Assembly: GCA_964016885.1 (NCBI GenBank)
Contig: OZ024745.1
Span: 129,952,001-130,016,000, forward strand
DNA: 64,000 nt
DNA from: Eledone cirrhosa
Lineage: Eukaryota
Direction: 5' to 3'
Position 1 is the first letter of the stretch, and every line of letters starts with the position of its first letter. The notes under the pieces are model-generated. The model had not been told where the DNA came from. It did not search any database and saw only the letters and a program-made list of their open reading frames with translations. Both the position numbers and the translations under genes were made by a program. Below, piece after piece: positions 30,194-45,553 of the stretch.

Positions 30194-30739
30194 TTATAAT
30201 GAAAATCATAACTAATTTTGTTTACTTTGTAACCAGATAGCATAATTGTTGTATGTCTATGGTTGATTATATTGCAGGGAAAAATCACAAATGCGTGGAA
30301 ATTTATAATGAAATCGAACGATTGACAAGCGGAAGTAATTTAAAGTATACCTCGTATATGGAATACTTCACTCTCGATGGATGATGATAAAATTATAGCA
30401 CAATTTAATGACCACACATATCCAAGATTATCCTGCCGTCGAACGGTCATTTCTTCCCTCATTAACCGACATACTTGGACATGCGCTGCGTATGTTCATA
30501 AGCTCTGGTCTTACTCATCTTTTTCGTAGATTTTATGAAGGACAGTACATCCCTCTTGACACAATTATTTTCCTCAAAGACGAACTAAAAAATTCTGGTT
30601 GGAGCTTACCGAAACTGGTGGGTTTTGTCTTTAGTACTTTCGTATGCATCCAGTTGCACAATATCTTTCGATATAAACACTAACATTTACAGATACGGTA
30701 AATCGGTTGAACGATGATTTTGATGTTATAGCCAGAGTC

Positions 30740-31224
30740 GGTGATAGAAAACGATCAGGTGAAGGTGCTATGGGATTTTAGGATACAGACGGACAAGAAA
30801 CTGGAACACAATAGGCCTGACCTGGTGGTTTTGGACAAGGAAAAAGATCGTGCCTGATTGTAGATGTAGCATGCCCATTCGACATGAGAGTGCAAGAGAA
30901 GGAGAGGGAGAAAATTAACCGATACCAGGACTTAAAGTGGGAGGTAAAAAGGATTTGCAACTGCCATGAAGTCAAAGTGGTCCCGATTGTCATAGGCGCA
31001 CTAGGTACTATCTCAAAAAGTTTCCAGGGATGGTTAAAGAAAATTGGCCGCGCCCCGCTTTTTGGAACACTTCAAAAGGCATGCTTGCTGGGAACAGCAA
31101 GAACCCTCCGATACGTCCTGAATATCTGAGGATGCAGGTAGTGGCTTGATATTCATTTCAACAAACTTTCCAGTTAACTAACATCAATGACTGAGATTCA
31201 AAGAACAATAATAATAATAATAAC

Positions 31225-31262
<38 letters not shown>
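30740..31262 (+). mobile_element. R4/Dong-type non-LTR retrotransposon 3' fragment with (TAA)n tail
   Basis: NRPDLVVLD...IVDVACPFD...EKINRYQDL...VPIVIGALG...LQKACLLGTARTLR, a restriction-like endonuclease C-terminus. Confidence 0.88.
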
Positions 31263-31264
<2 letters not shown>

Positions 31265-31656
31265 GTGGTTGTGGACAAAGAAAAAAGATCGTGCCTGATT
31301 GTGGATGTGGCCTGCCCGTTCGACACGAGAGTGCAAGAGAAGGAGAGGGAGAAAATTAACCGATACCAGGACCTAAAGTGGGAGGTGAAAAGGATTTGGA
31401 ACTGCCATGAAGTCAAAGTGATCCCGATTGTCATAGGCGCACTGGGGACTATCTCCAAAGGTTTCCAGGGATGGTTAAAGAAAATCGGCCCCTTCACGCT
31501 TTTTGGAACGCTTCAAAAGGCATGCTTGCTTGGAACGGCAAGAACCCTCCGATACGTCCTGAATATCTGAGGCTGCAGGTAGTGGCTTGATATTCAATCC
31601 AACGGACTTTCCAGTTAACCAACATCAATGACTGAGATTCAAGGAATAACAATAAC

Positions 31657-31695
<39 letters not shown>
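31263..31695 (+). mobile_element. Second R4/Dong-type 3' fragment in tandem
   Basis: Highly similar to 30825-31260; starts in the (TAA)n tail of the first copy and has its own (TAA)n tail. Confidence 0.88.
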
Positions 31696-31696
<1 letters not shown>

Positions 31697-32261
31697 CTTT
31701 CTTTATTAACCACAAGGGTTTACATAAAGTAGACATTAAGGACTGTACAGGATAATATAGGACGGTACAAATGGGCATTTCTGCGTGTAAAAAAAAACAA
31801 AAACAGAGGATGTAACAAAAAATAACAATGAAAAATTCCCCAATAGGGGGGAGACTTCTGGGGGACATTTGTGGAGAAAGCCCATTAAAAGGCCACAGTG
31901 ACCCTGACAACCAGAGCAAGTGCCCTCTCCCAGTTTTCCACCTTTAATTTACAGACACATACTCAGAGTAGGCCCATTCACTCGGGCCATTCTTGCCTCT
32001 CTCACCCATCTTTCAACAAAATGCTGGGAAGAGAGCACTTCCCTCTCTACCCTAATTTTCCTTTTCAAATGAAATTTGAAAAAGTTAATCAGGGCATCAC
32101 CGAAGAGGTAAGTGCTCGTTTTCAGCCATTTTAAACGTGTCCACCATACTATCTCTTGCGCCATGGCCACCAGACAGATAAAAACTGCCTGTCCTTCCCG
32201 GCTAAAGGAAGAGGGCGGGGCAATTCTCACGATGGACTCAGCTGATAGCTGGATCCGTCCT
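31696..32261 (-). mobile_element. Tx1/L1-type LINE 3' end
   Basis: Minus ORF ...AMAQEIVWWTR...LINFFKFHLKRKIRVER...FVERW, then a 3' UTR with AATAAA at 31702-31707 next to the TAA repeat. Confidence 0.65.
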
Positions 32262-32264
32262 ACA

Positions 32265-32451
32265 ATAATTGTTTCTACTTTAGGCACAAGGCCAGCAATT
32301 ACCCAGTGCATTACTGGTACTTTATTTTATCGACCCCGTAAGGATGAAAGGCAAAGTCAACCTCGGCGGGATTTGAACTCAGATCGTAAAGGGACGTAAC
32401 TATTCTGGAAAGCATGGCGCCCGACCCTCAACCGATACTGCCAATCCACCG
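32265..32451 (-). mobile_element. SINE family 1
   Basis: Reverse complement of 14844-15031. Confidence 0.9.
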
Positions 32452-32482
<31 letters not shown>

Positions 32483-32830
32483 TTATAATCAACGTGCTGC
32501 TGGATTAACTGCCTTACCAATCCACACTGTGAATTTATTTCCCCTAGGTGTCAGGAAGACACTCGGCATGTCTCAGAAACAATAATGAATGAAAATAAAA
32601 ATAACAATATTAATAATAAGGATGATGATGATAATAGCAATAATAATAATGTTAATGTTAAATATGATGTTAAGAATGATAATAATTATAGAAATAAATG
32701 AATAAAGAACAATAATAAAAAGTGCCAAATATCTCATCAGAGAACCTTCTCCGATAGAGCATTTATTTAGCTAATTGGATTATTATAGTGCGAGAAATTT
32801 GAGATTCATATAACTAGTACATTTAAATTG

Positions 32831-32918
<88 letters not shown>

Positions 32919-32947
32919 TTATATATATACATATATATATACATATA

Positions 32948-33003
<56 letters not shown>

Positions 33004-33582
33004 TGTGTGTGTGTAAGTGCATACATATATATTATATATATATATGTGTGTGCCAGTGTATGTTTCTATATATACTTATAATTATATATAAGTATATATA
33101 CTTCAAATTTTTTGGAGAATTTTCACGAAATTTTATATATATATTCTTATACTTCAGTCCATGATCGTTTCTTTGATATTTTATTTTTGATTACTTAGTA
33201 GCACATCTTGTGAAAATTTAAATGATTTGGGGGGAAATAATTAAAACAAATTAAATCACCTAGCTGCCAACTTTACTACAAATCAATTGATTTTGATTCT
33301 GAAATGATTAGAGAAATCCTCAATATAAGAATAAAAGTTAGATAGAATAAATTAAATATAGCAAAATATCGGTTAAACGTACTTTTTCTGAAGCTTCACT
33401 AAAAGAACGAGAAACATTTTAATATATTGAAGTCATTAACAGTGATTATCGCCTTCTTATTGATGTCCTTATTGTTTCATGTGATGTCCCGGCTGTTGAA
33501 ATCATTTAAATAGAGTATTTTACCAATGTACATAATTATATATACATACATATATATATATATAAATATATACATATATATG

Positions 33583-33657
<75 letters not shown>

Positions 33658-33677
33658 AAATATATATATATATATGT

Positions 33678-34205
33678 ATAGAATTCACAAGAATCGAAGC
33701 TAATGTTCAAAGCATTTATTCACTTACAATTGTTTCATCGAAACCTAGGCATTGAGTCTTCGGACAATTTTTCAATGTTTGTACATATAGTTGACCTCCT
33801 ATGCAACGCAAGAAACATACATATATATATATATATATATTGATGTACAGTATAATATAATATATGTAACTCCACTGTACCTCAATATATATATATGTAT
33901 CTGTATATCTCTTGCGTTGGATAGGAGGTCAATTATAGGTACAGACATTGAAAAATGCTCCGAAGACCCCAAGCCTAGGTTTGGATGAAATAATTGTGAA
34001 TAAATGCTTTGAACATAGCTTTGATTCTTGTGAATTCTATATAACTGCTCTGTAGAACAACTGATGTTATTACATTGAGCTATTTATCTTACTGGTAATA
34101 AGGTAGCAATAAATTACTGACCTTCACTGTTTATGGTTTAAAATATACATATCTATCAAAAGTTTAAAATATACATAACTATAAATAGTATCCTTAATAT
34201 TATAT
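33678..34205. mobile_element. Fold-back element with diverged arms of about 170 bp, hammerhead-like motif and tail
   Basis: Arms 33678-33850 and 33876-34040; motif cCGAAGA..ccaagc ctag gtttgg..GAAA-caattg-TA; flanked by (TA)n. Confidence 0.7.
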
Positions 34206-34212
34206 ATATGTA

Positions 34213-34317
<105 letters not shown>

Positions 34318-34328
34318 ATATATATATA

Positions 34329-34478
34329 TAAGGAAGTATAGTAAGGAACCAGGTGGACCATAACGCAACAGAGTACTCGATACTTTTGGTAGTAGAGTGG
34401 GTCATAGGAAAAGAGTCAAGACCCTGACGGCAGAGCTCAAGCCGTTTAGAAGGCTATTTAGCCCTGATTTCAATCGGG
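34329..34478 (-). mobile_element. PLE-end family A, single arm
   Basis: Matches 13509-13640. Confidence 0.8.
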
Positions 34479-34734
34479 ATATATATATATATATCCGTAA
34501 ACTATTTTACCCTTGCTCAGAGTTCTTGTTCGCCACTATCCGAATTTTCTTGATGTAGTACTTCTGTCAGAAACGTTGAAACTTCCTCCAATTCCTCCAA
34601 GCGGGAACCTCATATAACTGTGTACATTTGACACCTCTGTTTTTTTCGTTTATTTTCAACTTTATATATATATATATATATATGTGTATGTGTGTGCATA
34701 TATATATATGTATGTATATATATATATATGCATA

Positions 34735-34837
<103 letters not shown>

Positions 34838-34981
34838 GATATTTTTTAATACGTGTGTAAGAAAACTGCGTCCGTAGGCGGTATGCCCTGCTTACATAGT
34901 GAGGTACATCTGAAGATCTTCCGATTCCAGAGTCAGTTTCGATCAGTAATAGAACGTCCTTCGAGCTGATCGACAGTTAAA

Positions 34982-35148
34982 TGGCAGTATCGTTAGAGGG
35001 TCGGACACCATGCCTTTCTGAGTTCAAATCCCGCCGAGGTGAACTTTGCCATTTATCCTTACGGGGTCGATAAAATAAAGTACCAGTAATGCGCTGTCAT
35101 AATTGCTGGCCTTGTGCCAAAAGTAGAAACAATTATTATTATTATTAT
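34982..35148 (+). mobile_element. SINE family 1
   Basis: Matches 14855-15035; (ATT)n tail. Confidence 0.88.
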
Positions 35149-35608
35149 TCCACTGTAAAGCTGATAATTTAATTCTGCGTTTGACCTATTAACTTTGATT
35201 TCAATTTTAATTTTCAGTATTTCTACAGTCGGTGGAATAGAGAAGTATTGACCGTTGTATGATCAACATTCCACTTGTTACAACTAAAAACGTTCAGTGC
35301 TTATAAGAGAAATCAATATTTATATCCACTTGTTTACCGATGTTGGTGAAATCTGTAGTGTCATAAATTTGGAATTATTTCAGAAATTTAAAACAATAAT
35401 TAACATTAAACGCATAATGGTTCGTAATTATAAAATAATTTTAGTTATCTTTTAAACATCGAAATATTTCTGTTCATATTCGTATTAATTGCAAGTAAAA
35501 AAGCAACTAAAATACAATTTTCTGCTGATGCAAGTGTATATATAAAAGCACAGACATAGAGGAAAATAGTTATGTGTACATAAACATACATATTGAATTA
35601 TTTATACT

Positions 35609-35643
<35 letters not shown>

Positions 35644-35664
35644 TATATAATATATATATACAGC

Positions 35665-35714
<50 letters not shown>

Positions 35715-35717
<3 letters not shown>

Positions 35718-36006
35718 ACAACTAGAAATTGATTAACATATAAATAAACATATGAAACAATCACAGGGGATAATTTTTACAAGTGTGTAGGCACACATAG
35801 CTAGGTAGGTAACTAAATAAAGTTAACTAGAACTTCATAAATAGATACCTTATAATATGATTAATCGTATTATAAGGTATCTATTTATGAAGTTCTAGTT
35901 AACTTTATTTAGTTACCTACATAGCTATGTGTGCCTACACACTTGTAAAAATTATCCCCTGTGATTGTTTCATATGTTTATTTATATGTTAATCAATGTC
36001 TAGTTG

Positions 36007-36010
<4 letters not shown>
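35715..36010. repeat. Near-perfect palindrome of about 296 bp between (TA)n tracts
   Basis: Arms of about 148 bp meet at gattaatc (about 35859-35866) with very few mismatches. Confidence 0.95.
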
Positions 36011-36060
<50 letters not shown>

Positions 36061-36182
36061 GTATATATACATGCATATATATATATATATATTGTGGAAT
36101 TAAAATTGCATAGCCTGGAAAATTTCACTTCATATCTAAAAGTAATTTATTTAATCTATCTCTCAGTCTCGATGTTATATAT

Positions 36183-36432
<250 letters not shown>

Positions 36433-37410
36433 CTATATTAATCTCAAATATTATTAGATCTTATCTCATTCCGAATATTGAAAGTTAAAGCCTATATGAT
36501 TATACTTATATTGCAAATTTATGGGGACATCTACGTATGACACTCAAAGAGATAGAATAGGCAATACAGATTTTGTATGTTGGAGTGAGGGGCGAGAGTC
36601 CTCAGCGATATATTAAAAAAAGTGGCTATTTACGACAGTTTTCAGAACGTCTGAGATATTGCGAGGAAAAAATTACTCGTCATTTTTTTTTTCTTTATTG
36701 GTAGCGTCGGGTGTGTTATGTTTCTTTGGAGTTGAAGACAATTCACATGTTTTGATTATTGAAATATCGTAGAAAAAATGTTGTCGGGTAAATAGCGTTG
36801 ACAAAGAGAGAAAAATGGTTTAGAGTAATGGTAGAAAAACTTTATAGGTCGAGAATTTTCTAGAGATGGGGTATATATACCTACAAATATATATTAATAG
36901 CATGTGTTCAGCAGATATACGACTCACTATTCATAAAGAATAACATGCATGATTAATCACAATCATTCGTATATGGAATTAAATAAAATACTTAGAATAA
37001 AACTCAAACACAAGTAAACACTCATATAGACATATAAATAAACGCAGTGTAACATATGAAAAATAAACATATATTTATGTAGCAATATCGTGATCATTCT
37101 GAGGAGGAATAAGATATAAATTTCTTGTCTATAAATCCGAAGCACAGATATTCACACAAACTCGCACACACACACGTGCACTCCCACAGAGGGATAGACA
37201 TAACCCAATAAACAATCTCGCTCTCTCTCTCACACACACACACGCATACACGCACATATACACGCACACACTCAAGCATATATATATAAATCTACATACA
37301 TATATATATATAATGTGCATTATGTATATATATATAAGTAAATATATATATATATATATACACATACACACACACATATATATATGCATATATGTGGTTG
37401 TGGTTGTGTG

Positions 37411-37459
<49 letters not shown>

Positions 37460-37481
37460 TATGTATATATATATATATAAG

Positions 37482-37521
<40 letters not shown>

Positions 37522-37918
37522 CACACACACATATATATACATGCATATATGTGTCTCTGATTGTGTATGTATAACTTTATGATAGCTATGACTGTGAAGA
37601 GTTCCAATCAATTTTATTCACGCTAAATTCAATTCTAAATCTTTGTCTAACGTTATATAATCTCGTGCTTTCGCATCATTGCAGAAAATTGTTCAGGTTT
37701 GACAATCTGCTTTTATATACTTGCTAGAACTTTTAGCACAACATATATCTATTCTGAAAAATAATTTCCGAAGTTGACTGTGTGAAAAGAAGTGCCATTT
37801 TTACACACATGCTTGTCAACAAGTTTATAAAGGATAGTGTTCAAAATCAGTTATATATATTTATATATATATATGTATATATATTTATATATATATGTAT
37901 ATATATATGTATATATAT

Positions 37919-38042
<124 letters not shown>

Positions 38043-38060
38043 ATATAAATATATATATAC

Positions 38061-38091
<31 letters not shown>

Positions 38092-38294
38092 AATATATAT
38101 ACATATATATATATATTTATATATATATAAATATATATATATACATATACATATATACACATACGCACACAGATTGGCACACACACACATACACACACGC
38201 ATATATATATATTGAGATAAGTGGAGCAAGCAAGATTCAAACAATTTTTTTAAATAAATTAAAAAATATAATTTAAATATTTACCTATTACAAT

Positions 38295-38377
38295 TGCTTT
38301 TACCGACGGTTTCACTTCCCAAAAGATTGGAGATCCCTAGGGACTTCAAATGGAAACTTTTAGATCATCAGAAAGCA
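38295..38377 (-). ncRNA. Type I hammerhead with long stem II
   Basis: tgcttt-CTGATGA-tctaaaag...cttttggg aagt-GAAA-cc gtc gg-TA-aaagca. Confidence 0.65.
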
Positions 38378-38925
38378 TTTTGCTTTCCTAGGACAAAAAA
38401 TCCCAGGAACGGCAAAATATATTGCCATCTGCCAGCTAGCACAGGATCGAATTGGGCCGAAAATTTGACCTATGCATGAACCAGCCCATAGTAGAAGCGG
38501 AAGTAAACAGAGACGCATTGTCCACCTCGCCACTAAAAGTAGCAGCTAAATAGAACAACAGATTGTTCTCTACAAAACGGAGAATATTAAAAGAAGTTAA
38601 TATCCCCACAGGTACTAAGTACCCCTGGAAATATATAGGGTGTCTATGATACAGTGGTTATATATATATATATCCATATATATATATAGGTGCGGTTTTT
38701 TGTCTGTTTTTTTTTTATTCGTGGTATACCTGCTATTCGAAGAGCCAGGCCTGTCAAATATAGTGTGAAACTGTTTCGCCTTTAGGCGTAGGTTAAGGGA
38801 TCATGTTCTTTCCGAATATTCCGGAACTCATATATCAATTTCAAAAATTCTGACCTACATTCCGAACAATTCATCACTTTAACCGACAGAATTGCATAAG
38901 TAACAAATATATTCATACATATACA

Positions 38926-38981
<56 letters not shown>

Positions 38982-39072
38982 TATATACATACAGACAGAC
39001 ATATTTATGTAAATATATGTATATATATATATATTTGTATGTATATATATATAATATATATAATATATATGT

Positions 39073-39123
<51 letters not shown>

Positions 39124-39435
39124 TATATATATACATATTTATACATATATATATATATATACATATATATATAATATATATATATATGTTTGTGCGTGTG
39201 TGTGTGTGAGTGTATGTGTGTGAGAGTGTGCGTCTGTTTGAATGTGGGTTTGGTTCTTTAGACAAAAATATATATGGTATGCTTTAGGGAAATCATGAAT
39301 TTCGTAGACCTCGTTGATTGATAGACGACTAGAAAACATCCTGGAATATATAAGAAAAGTTTCTGAAATATCGATTATTATTAGTATTACTTATTTACTT
39401 TACATTTTTGTGTTCCGAATTCATTCAAGATATAA

Positions 39436-39480
<45 letters not shown>

Positions 39481-39731
39481 TGTGTGTCTCTGTGAGTGTG
39501 TGTGTGTGTGTATGTATGTGTGTGTGTGTGTGTCTGTGTGTGTGCGTGTGTGTGTGTATATACTTGGTTGTTTATGTCTAAGTTATTATTGCAGTTATAA
39601 TGTTTTTCACCTGTACATTTGCTTCCGTTTCTTCCTATACCAACCACTTGTTTCTTTTTTTAGATTTTCGTATATATATATATATATATTTATATATATA
39701 CATTATAAATATATATATATATATGTATATA

Positions 39732-39830
<99 letters not shown>

Positions 39831-39837
39831 TTATATA

Positions 39838-39890
<53 letters not shown>

Positions 39891-40148
39891 TAATTATTTA
39901 TGTTCATACACTGAACAAAAGCGCCACCCTAGTTGTCAAAGCCCAAATTTGACCATAAGTCGTATATACCAGAGGTGTCGAATTTGTAACATTTATTCGA
40001 TATATATATATATATATATGATATACTCACGTTTAAAGATTCTGATTATTCCTGTCATGCTGTATGGATGAAACACTGTTAGCTAATAAAACAATGTATC
40101 TCTAAGCACCCTTGGTTTTTCCTATAACTATATATATATATATATCTA

Positions 40149-40206
<58 letters not shown>

Positions 40207-40221
40207 CGCATATATATATTT

Positions 40222-40301
<80 letters not shown>

Positions 40302-40321
40302 GTGAGGTTTCTTTTACAAAA

Positions 40322-40787
<466 letters not shown>

Positions 40788-40807
40788 CATATATATATAT
40801 ATACATA

Positions 40808-40930
40808 TAGTAATAATAATAAATTTGAAGACTAAAATCCAAAGAGGGCTCGATAAGGATAAATATATATCAAATATATAAGAACCGTAGAGCAAATATT
40901 TATTAAAATAACAGTCTGTTATTTTAATTA
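40808..40930 (-). mobile_element. PLE-end family B tail with mini fold-back
   Basis: Reverse complement of 9082-9180, then the palindrome ttaaaataacag-t-ctgttattttaa. Confidence 0.75.
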
Positions 40931-41972
40931 ATATATATATACATATATATATATATACATATATACCGAATCATCCGATGCTTCGATGCTTCGATTTTAA
41001 AAGGCATTATTTTTTAGGGCCTCACATAAATTTTGAATGGTTTTTTAACTAGTCAACAATCAAAACACCATTTATTTCATTATTTTTTGTTCCTTACTCT
41101 CAGTCTAAATTCGAGAGCCTGAAACGCTATATTCTACACTTCTCATGGCAATTAAATTCATAGATCTCTTTTAAATATTGAAGTCAGAGAACGTCACAAC
41201 TTTTTATGTATTCCATTCTTTCAGGGAATGTTTACATATTTCGTAGCGCATAATATATTTCCCTATGTATTGTTATTCTTATATTTAATTAACGTTCAAT
41301 GTTCTATGTCTAGTATGAACCACATGAATATTTGCCGTAGTGTTTCGACTATTTTACACTGAGTTAAAATTCAATTGAGTTCAATAGTATTTCTTACTTT
41401 CGGGGATCGATATGATAAAGTTGTAATCCAGGGCAGTAGATTGTGGTATTGGCAGAGTGCCGGACCTCATGCCAGGTAATATTTGTTCCGTTTCTTTGTG
41501 TTCTGTGTTTGGGTGTTTGACTTAATCTATCATAATGATTAAGAGCGCTACATTGTTCTTAGCTGTTACAAACATGGTATCTCGTTTGAAGATTATCTCC
41601 AATTCTTTCACCAGCCTGCGATGCCCTGCAAATAATAATGTTTTATGAGACTTGGTCTTCTGTCTTTGACTGAACGTTAACATTCAACCATTTCTTCGAA
41701 TTAATTTTGTCTTGAAATATTCACTTCTTGGCCTAAATTATAATCAATAAACTTCTTATGCTGCTGCCAGTTTTCTTGCTTTCAGCTCACATAAATTTGA
41801 AGCCGTTTCTGTTTCTTTTTAGATTCCCCACACTACAATGCACGTTTTCATACAACGCAAGCAGATTTGATTAGGTTTAAAAATCTTCTGTTAGTTGCCA
41901 GATGGTCACGGTTATTTTCAAATCCACTGTACGTCAATATGAGGTTTAAAAGGCTTTTTCAATGAATCTTTA

Positions 41973-42266
41973 TCTATATATCTGAAACAGAGAATGTATG
42001 TCTGTCTGTGTGACTCCCTAAAACTCAACAACCACCCAACCGAGTTTTTTCAAACGTTATACATGTAATACTTATGGTCCTGTCAGTGTTTTGAGCAAAA
42101 TATATTTCAAATTTCCAATGGCCTAGGGACCGTATTAGGCGCCGGTTAGCGATCTCTCTTTCTCTTAGTCTGTCTTTTTAGATAGATACATAGATATAAT
42201 GTTGCGCCCTTATAATATCTGTCTGTATGTCTGACTGTCTGCATTAAGACATTATGACGCTATCCG

Positions 42267-42298
<32 letters not shown>

Positions 42299-42611
42299 GT
42301 GTGTGTGTGTGTATATATAGTGTGTAAGGTTTTTCGAAATATTTACCTCTGCGTTCACAGATTGTTTTTATAGTTTCAGATGATCTCGTTAAAGGTGAAA
42401 GCAGTGATTCTTTGCTTAAACTTTAATCTGTTATTTTAATATATGTATATATATATAATTATATATTTGTGTACAGATATTTTTGCATACTCAATAAATA
42501 ACAAAATATAAACAAACGTATTTATTTCACGAGGCCCGATAAGGATATATATATATCAAATATATAAGAACCCTAGAGCAAATCCCGAGCAACGCCGGGC
42601 CATTCTGCTAA
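41973..42611 (+). mobile_element. Non-autonomous Helitron-like element containing family B fragments
   Basis: 5' TCtatatat..., tgtctgtctgt motif, 3' hairpin cccgagcaacgccggg followed by ctaa (CTAG-like). Confidence 0.65.
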
Positions 42612-43009
42612 TACTTTCTATATTTATCGGTAACGTTATGCCAGTGGGAGATATCATTATTCTAAATATCTTCAAGAAGTTCTGAATCACAATGTGTTTT
42701 ACCGAAACCGCTTAGACATTCACTTGAATGGCAGAATGAAAAGCATATTTTGAACTTATGTATCTATTGTCTACAAATAAAATAAGATACGAATTAACAA
42801 TATATTTATTTTATGATTTTTTTTAAATATTCACGAATAACGTTGTAAAATTATCTGTATTTATTTCGAAAGAAATGTTCAGCTATATTACTATATTTCA
42901 TTGAAATATACTAACCATATTATGGTGAACACTATAATCTTCTTGTGTTATCAATGTATCAGTGTTTGACATGGCGTTCCACGTTGTTTGATCTTGGGTG
43001 TGATCCAAT

Positions 43010-44765
43010 ATTTCTGCGGCTTTGATATTAAAATTGTCATAAAAGGAACTTCTTTTGACGATCTCTGGCACGCTTCCCATGAATTTTTCCACTAATGGAA
43101 TGGTCTTCCACTATACCTTTCCTAATGGTACGCCCTAGGATCATTAGTTGTCTATTTATAATAGTGAGCAGTATCTTACGTTTCTTCCACAGTCTCTTCA
43201 AAACCTCTTCATTATTTATTCGGTTGACGAACAAGATCCTGAGTACTCAGCAATAGAAATACATCTTGGTAGACTCGACATCTCTGAGTCTGATTCATGA
43301 AATTCCACGATTCGCAGTGTAAAGAAGCGTTGTCTAGACAAATGTCTTCAGTAAACGAACTCTGATCCCGATTGAGAGGTTGTATCAACAAAGATGGACC
43401 AGACTTGAGAATGAATCTTTTGCAAGAGCTATTCTTCTTCGAATTTCGATCTTGCATCTGACGTCTGAGGGTATCAATGCACCCAGGTATTTGAAGGATA
43501 AAACCAATTCAATACGGGCATTGTAGTGATATGTCTGGAATGTTAGTGGTACCTCGAATTTCGATATAACCATTGCTGTTGTCTTCTTGCTGTTGATGAT
43601 CAATCCCAATGGATCACCTGTAACAACTATTGCGTCAAAGAGTCTCTGTAGATCTTCACTAGATGTGGCAAAAAGGACAGTATCGTCGGCGTATCTAATA
43701 TTATTAACCTTCTGACCACTGATGGTAATTCCTTCCGGGCAGTCATTAGCTTCACGAAGAATCATCTTGGAGTACAGATTAAAGAGGTCTGACAACATTA
43801 CCCATCTCTGGCGTACTACCCTCCCAATGCGAAAGGAGATAGTCACCCCCCGGCAGACGTACCGCAACAAGTTGATCATTGTAGACGTGTCTTATTATTC
43901 TCGTGTCTTTGTCATAAATTCTGATGTTGTCGAGATTTTTAAAAGTTCAACATGTCCAACTTGATCAACTGATAAACCAGATAGAGATCCGGTTTGTATT
44001 GTGGGGCACGGCATTCTTAGGACAAAGATCGCGTTTCTCGTGCCTCGGTCCCTCAAGAAACCGAACCGGGATTGTGTGATTTCAGGAAGCAATTGATTGT
44101 TGTCTAATTCTCTGCAGCATGATTTTCAATAGAATTTTAAGTAGATGGGACATCAGACTTTGTTTGGTGGCTCGAGCAATCGAGTATACCAGGTAATTTA
44201 GGAAGGGCAATGAAAATGGATTTAAGCATTTTCTTTTGAGAACCTTCCTGTTTTATAAACTTCCTGACATCAACCTCCTGACCACATCGACTCCCACTTC
44301 ATCCAAAGCTTCTAATATTTCAACACTGACTTCATCTGGGCCGGCTGCTTTTCCCTTCTTTAGAGTTTGTAAATCCCATTTAACATCAGATTTGAGAATG
44401 CGTGAATCCGTTTCATTATTGCCTTGGCTGATGTCTTCCGATAAATGATCATCAGAAAACAAATCTAGAATGTACTCATCCCAGCTGAGTGAGACAACCT
44501 TGGACTCATGAAAAACAGGGCCATCGTTCGCTTTGATGCACATTGTCTGAGGAATAAACCGCTTATCAACAATCTCACGCATCTTATTCAACATTTCCAT
44601 TGCATCATAGGTGAGTTTTTCGACCTCTGCGTACTTTTCTGCCAACCACTGTTCCTTTTTCTCTCTACATTTCCTTTTGTATTCTTCGTTGACCAGACAG
44701 TATTGTTGTTGGTCTTGTTTTTATGTTTCTACGTTCATCAAGTAGATTCTTTAGTTCAGCATTAA
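43010..44765 (-). mobile_element. Degenerate RTE-clade LINE, RT region
   Basis: LKKGKAAGPDEV; FGFLRDRGTRNAIF; LFNLYSKMIL...NNIRYADDTVL...FKYLG; multiple stops and frameshifts. Confidence 0.9.
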
Positions 44766-45297
44766 ACCAATTCGTTGAGAAGACATGAATATAGTGTAGA
44801 ACTGATTCTTGACAAATCCTTTGCCAATTCGGTTACTTCGTTCTAGCTAAAGAATGAAAGTATGCTGCTTGTAAAGCTGAAAGCTAGTCCGTTTAACATC
44901 AAGATAGTTGTAGCATATGCCCCCCAATAGCTGAGATAAACTCTTTATATCACACTCTTAACGAGATAATGTCATCATGGAAATCCATGGAGGTCAAAAT
45001 TGTTATGGGAGACTTCAACATCAAGGTCGGAGAAGTAAAGGATGGAAACACTGTCTGATCTTTGGGACTTGAAGAGAGAAACGAGAGAGGAGCGACATGC
45101 TATTTGATTAGTGTAATGAACATGATCTTGTAACTATAAACACTTGTTTTAACATGCACCTAAATAGAATATATAATTATATGAGCCCGGGAGACAGGAC
45201 GAGAAGTCCATTCGACTATATTGCAATTAAAACACCTTTTCGAAATATAGATTATATCCAGGTGCCGACGCTGTCTCGGATCACAACCCAATAATTA
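44766..45297 (+). mobile_element. Inverted APE-endonuclease segment of the same RTE LINE
   Basis: Plus-strand remnants [49 protein letters not shown]. Confidence 0.85.
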
Positions 45298-45435
45298 CTC
45301 TCTTTATAACATCTCTCAATGGGTCTATCTATTTATCTCCCCCCCCCCCTCCCTCTCTCTATCTCTCTCTATCTCTTGCTCTCTGTCTCTCTCTCACTCA
45401 TATTTATATATATTTATATATATATATAAGTATAG

Positions 45436-45496
<61 letters not shown>

Positions 45497-45500
45497 TATA

Positions 45501-45553
<53 letters not shown>

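Noticed and set aside
30520-30682. Possible minus-strand upstream exons for the 23116-23224 exon (donor GTAAGC near 30605)
   Set aside because: Phase-compatible, but the acceptor is weak and the peptide unrecognisable; not supportable by eye
34548-34582. ttc-TTGATGT...GAAACGTT-gaa decayed hammerhead-like motif
   Set aside because: Core and stem II are too degenerate to call
41560-41950. Possible additional decayed RTE 3' fragment on the minus strand
   Set aside because: Only a short FAGH-like motif is recognisable; insufficient evidence
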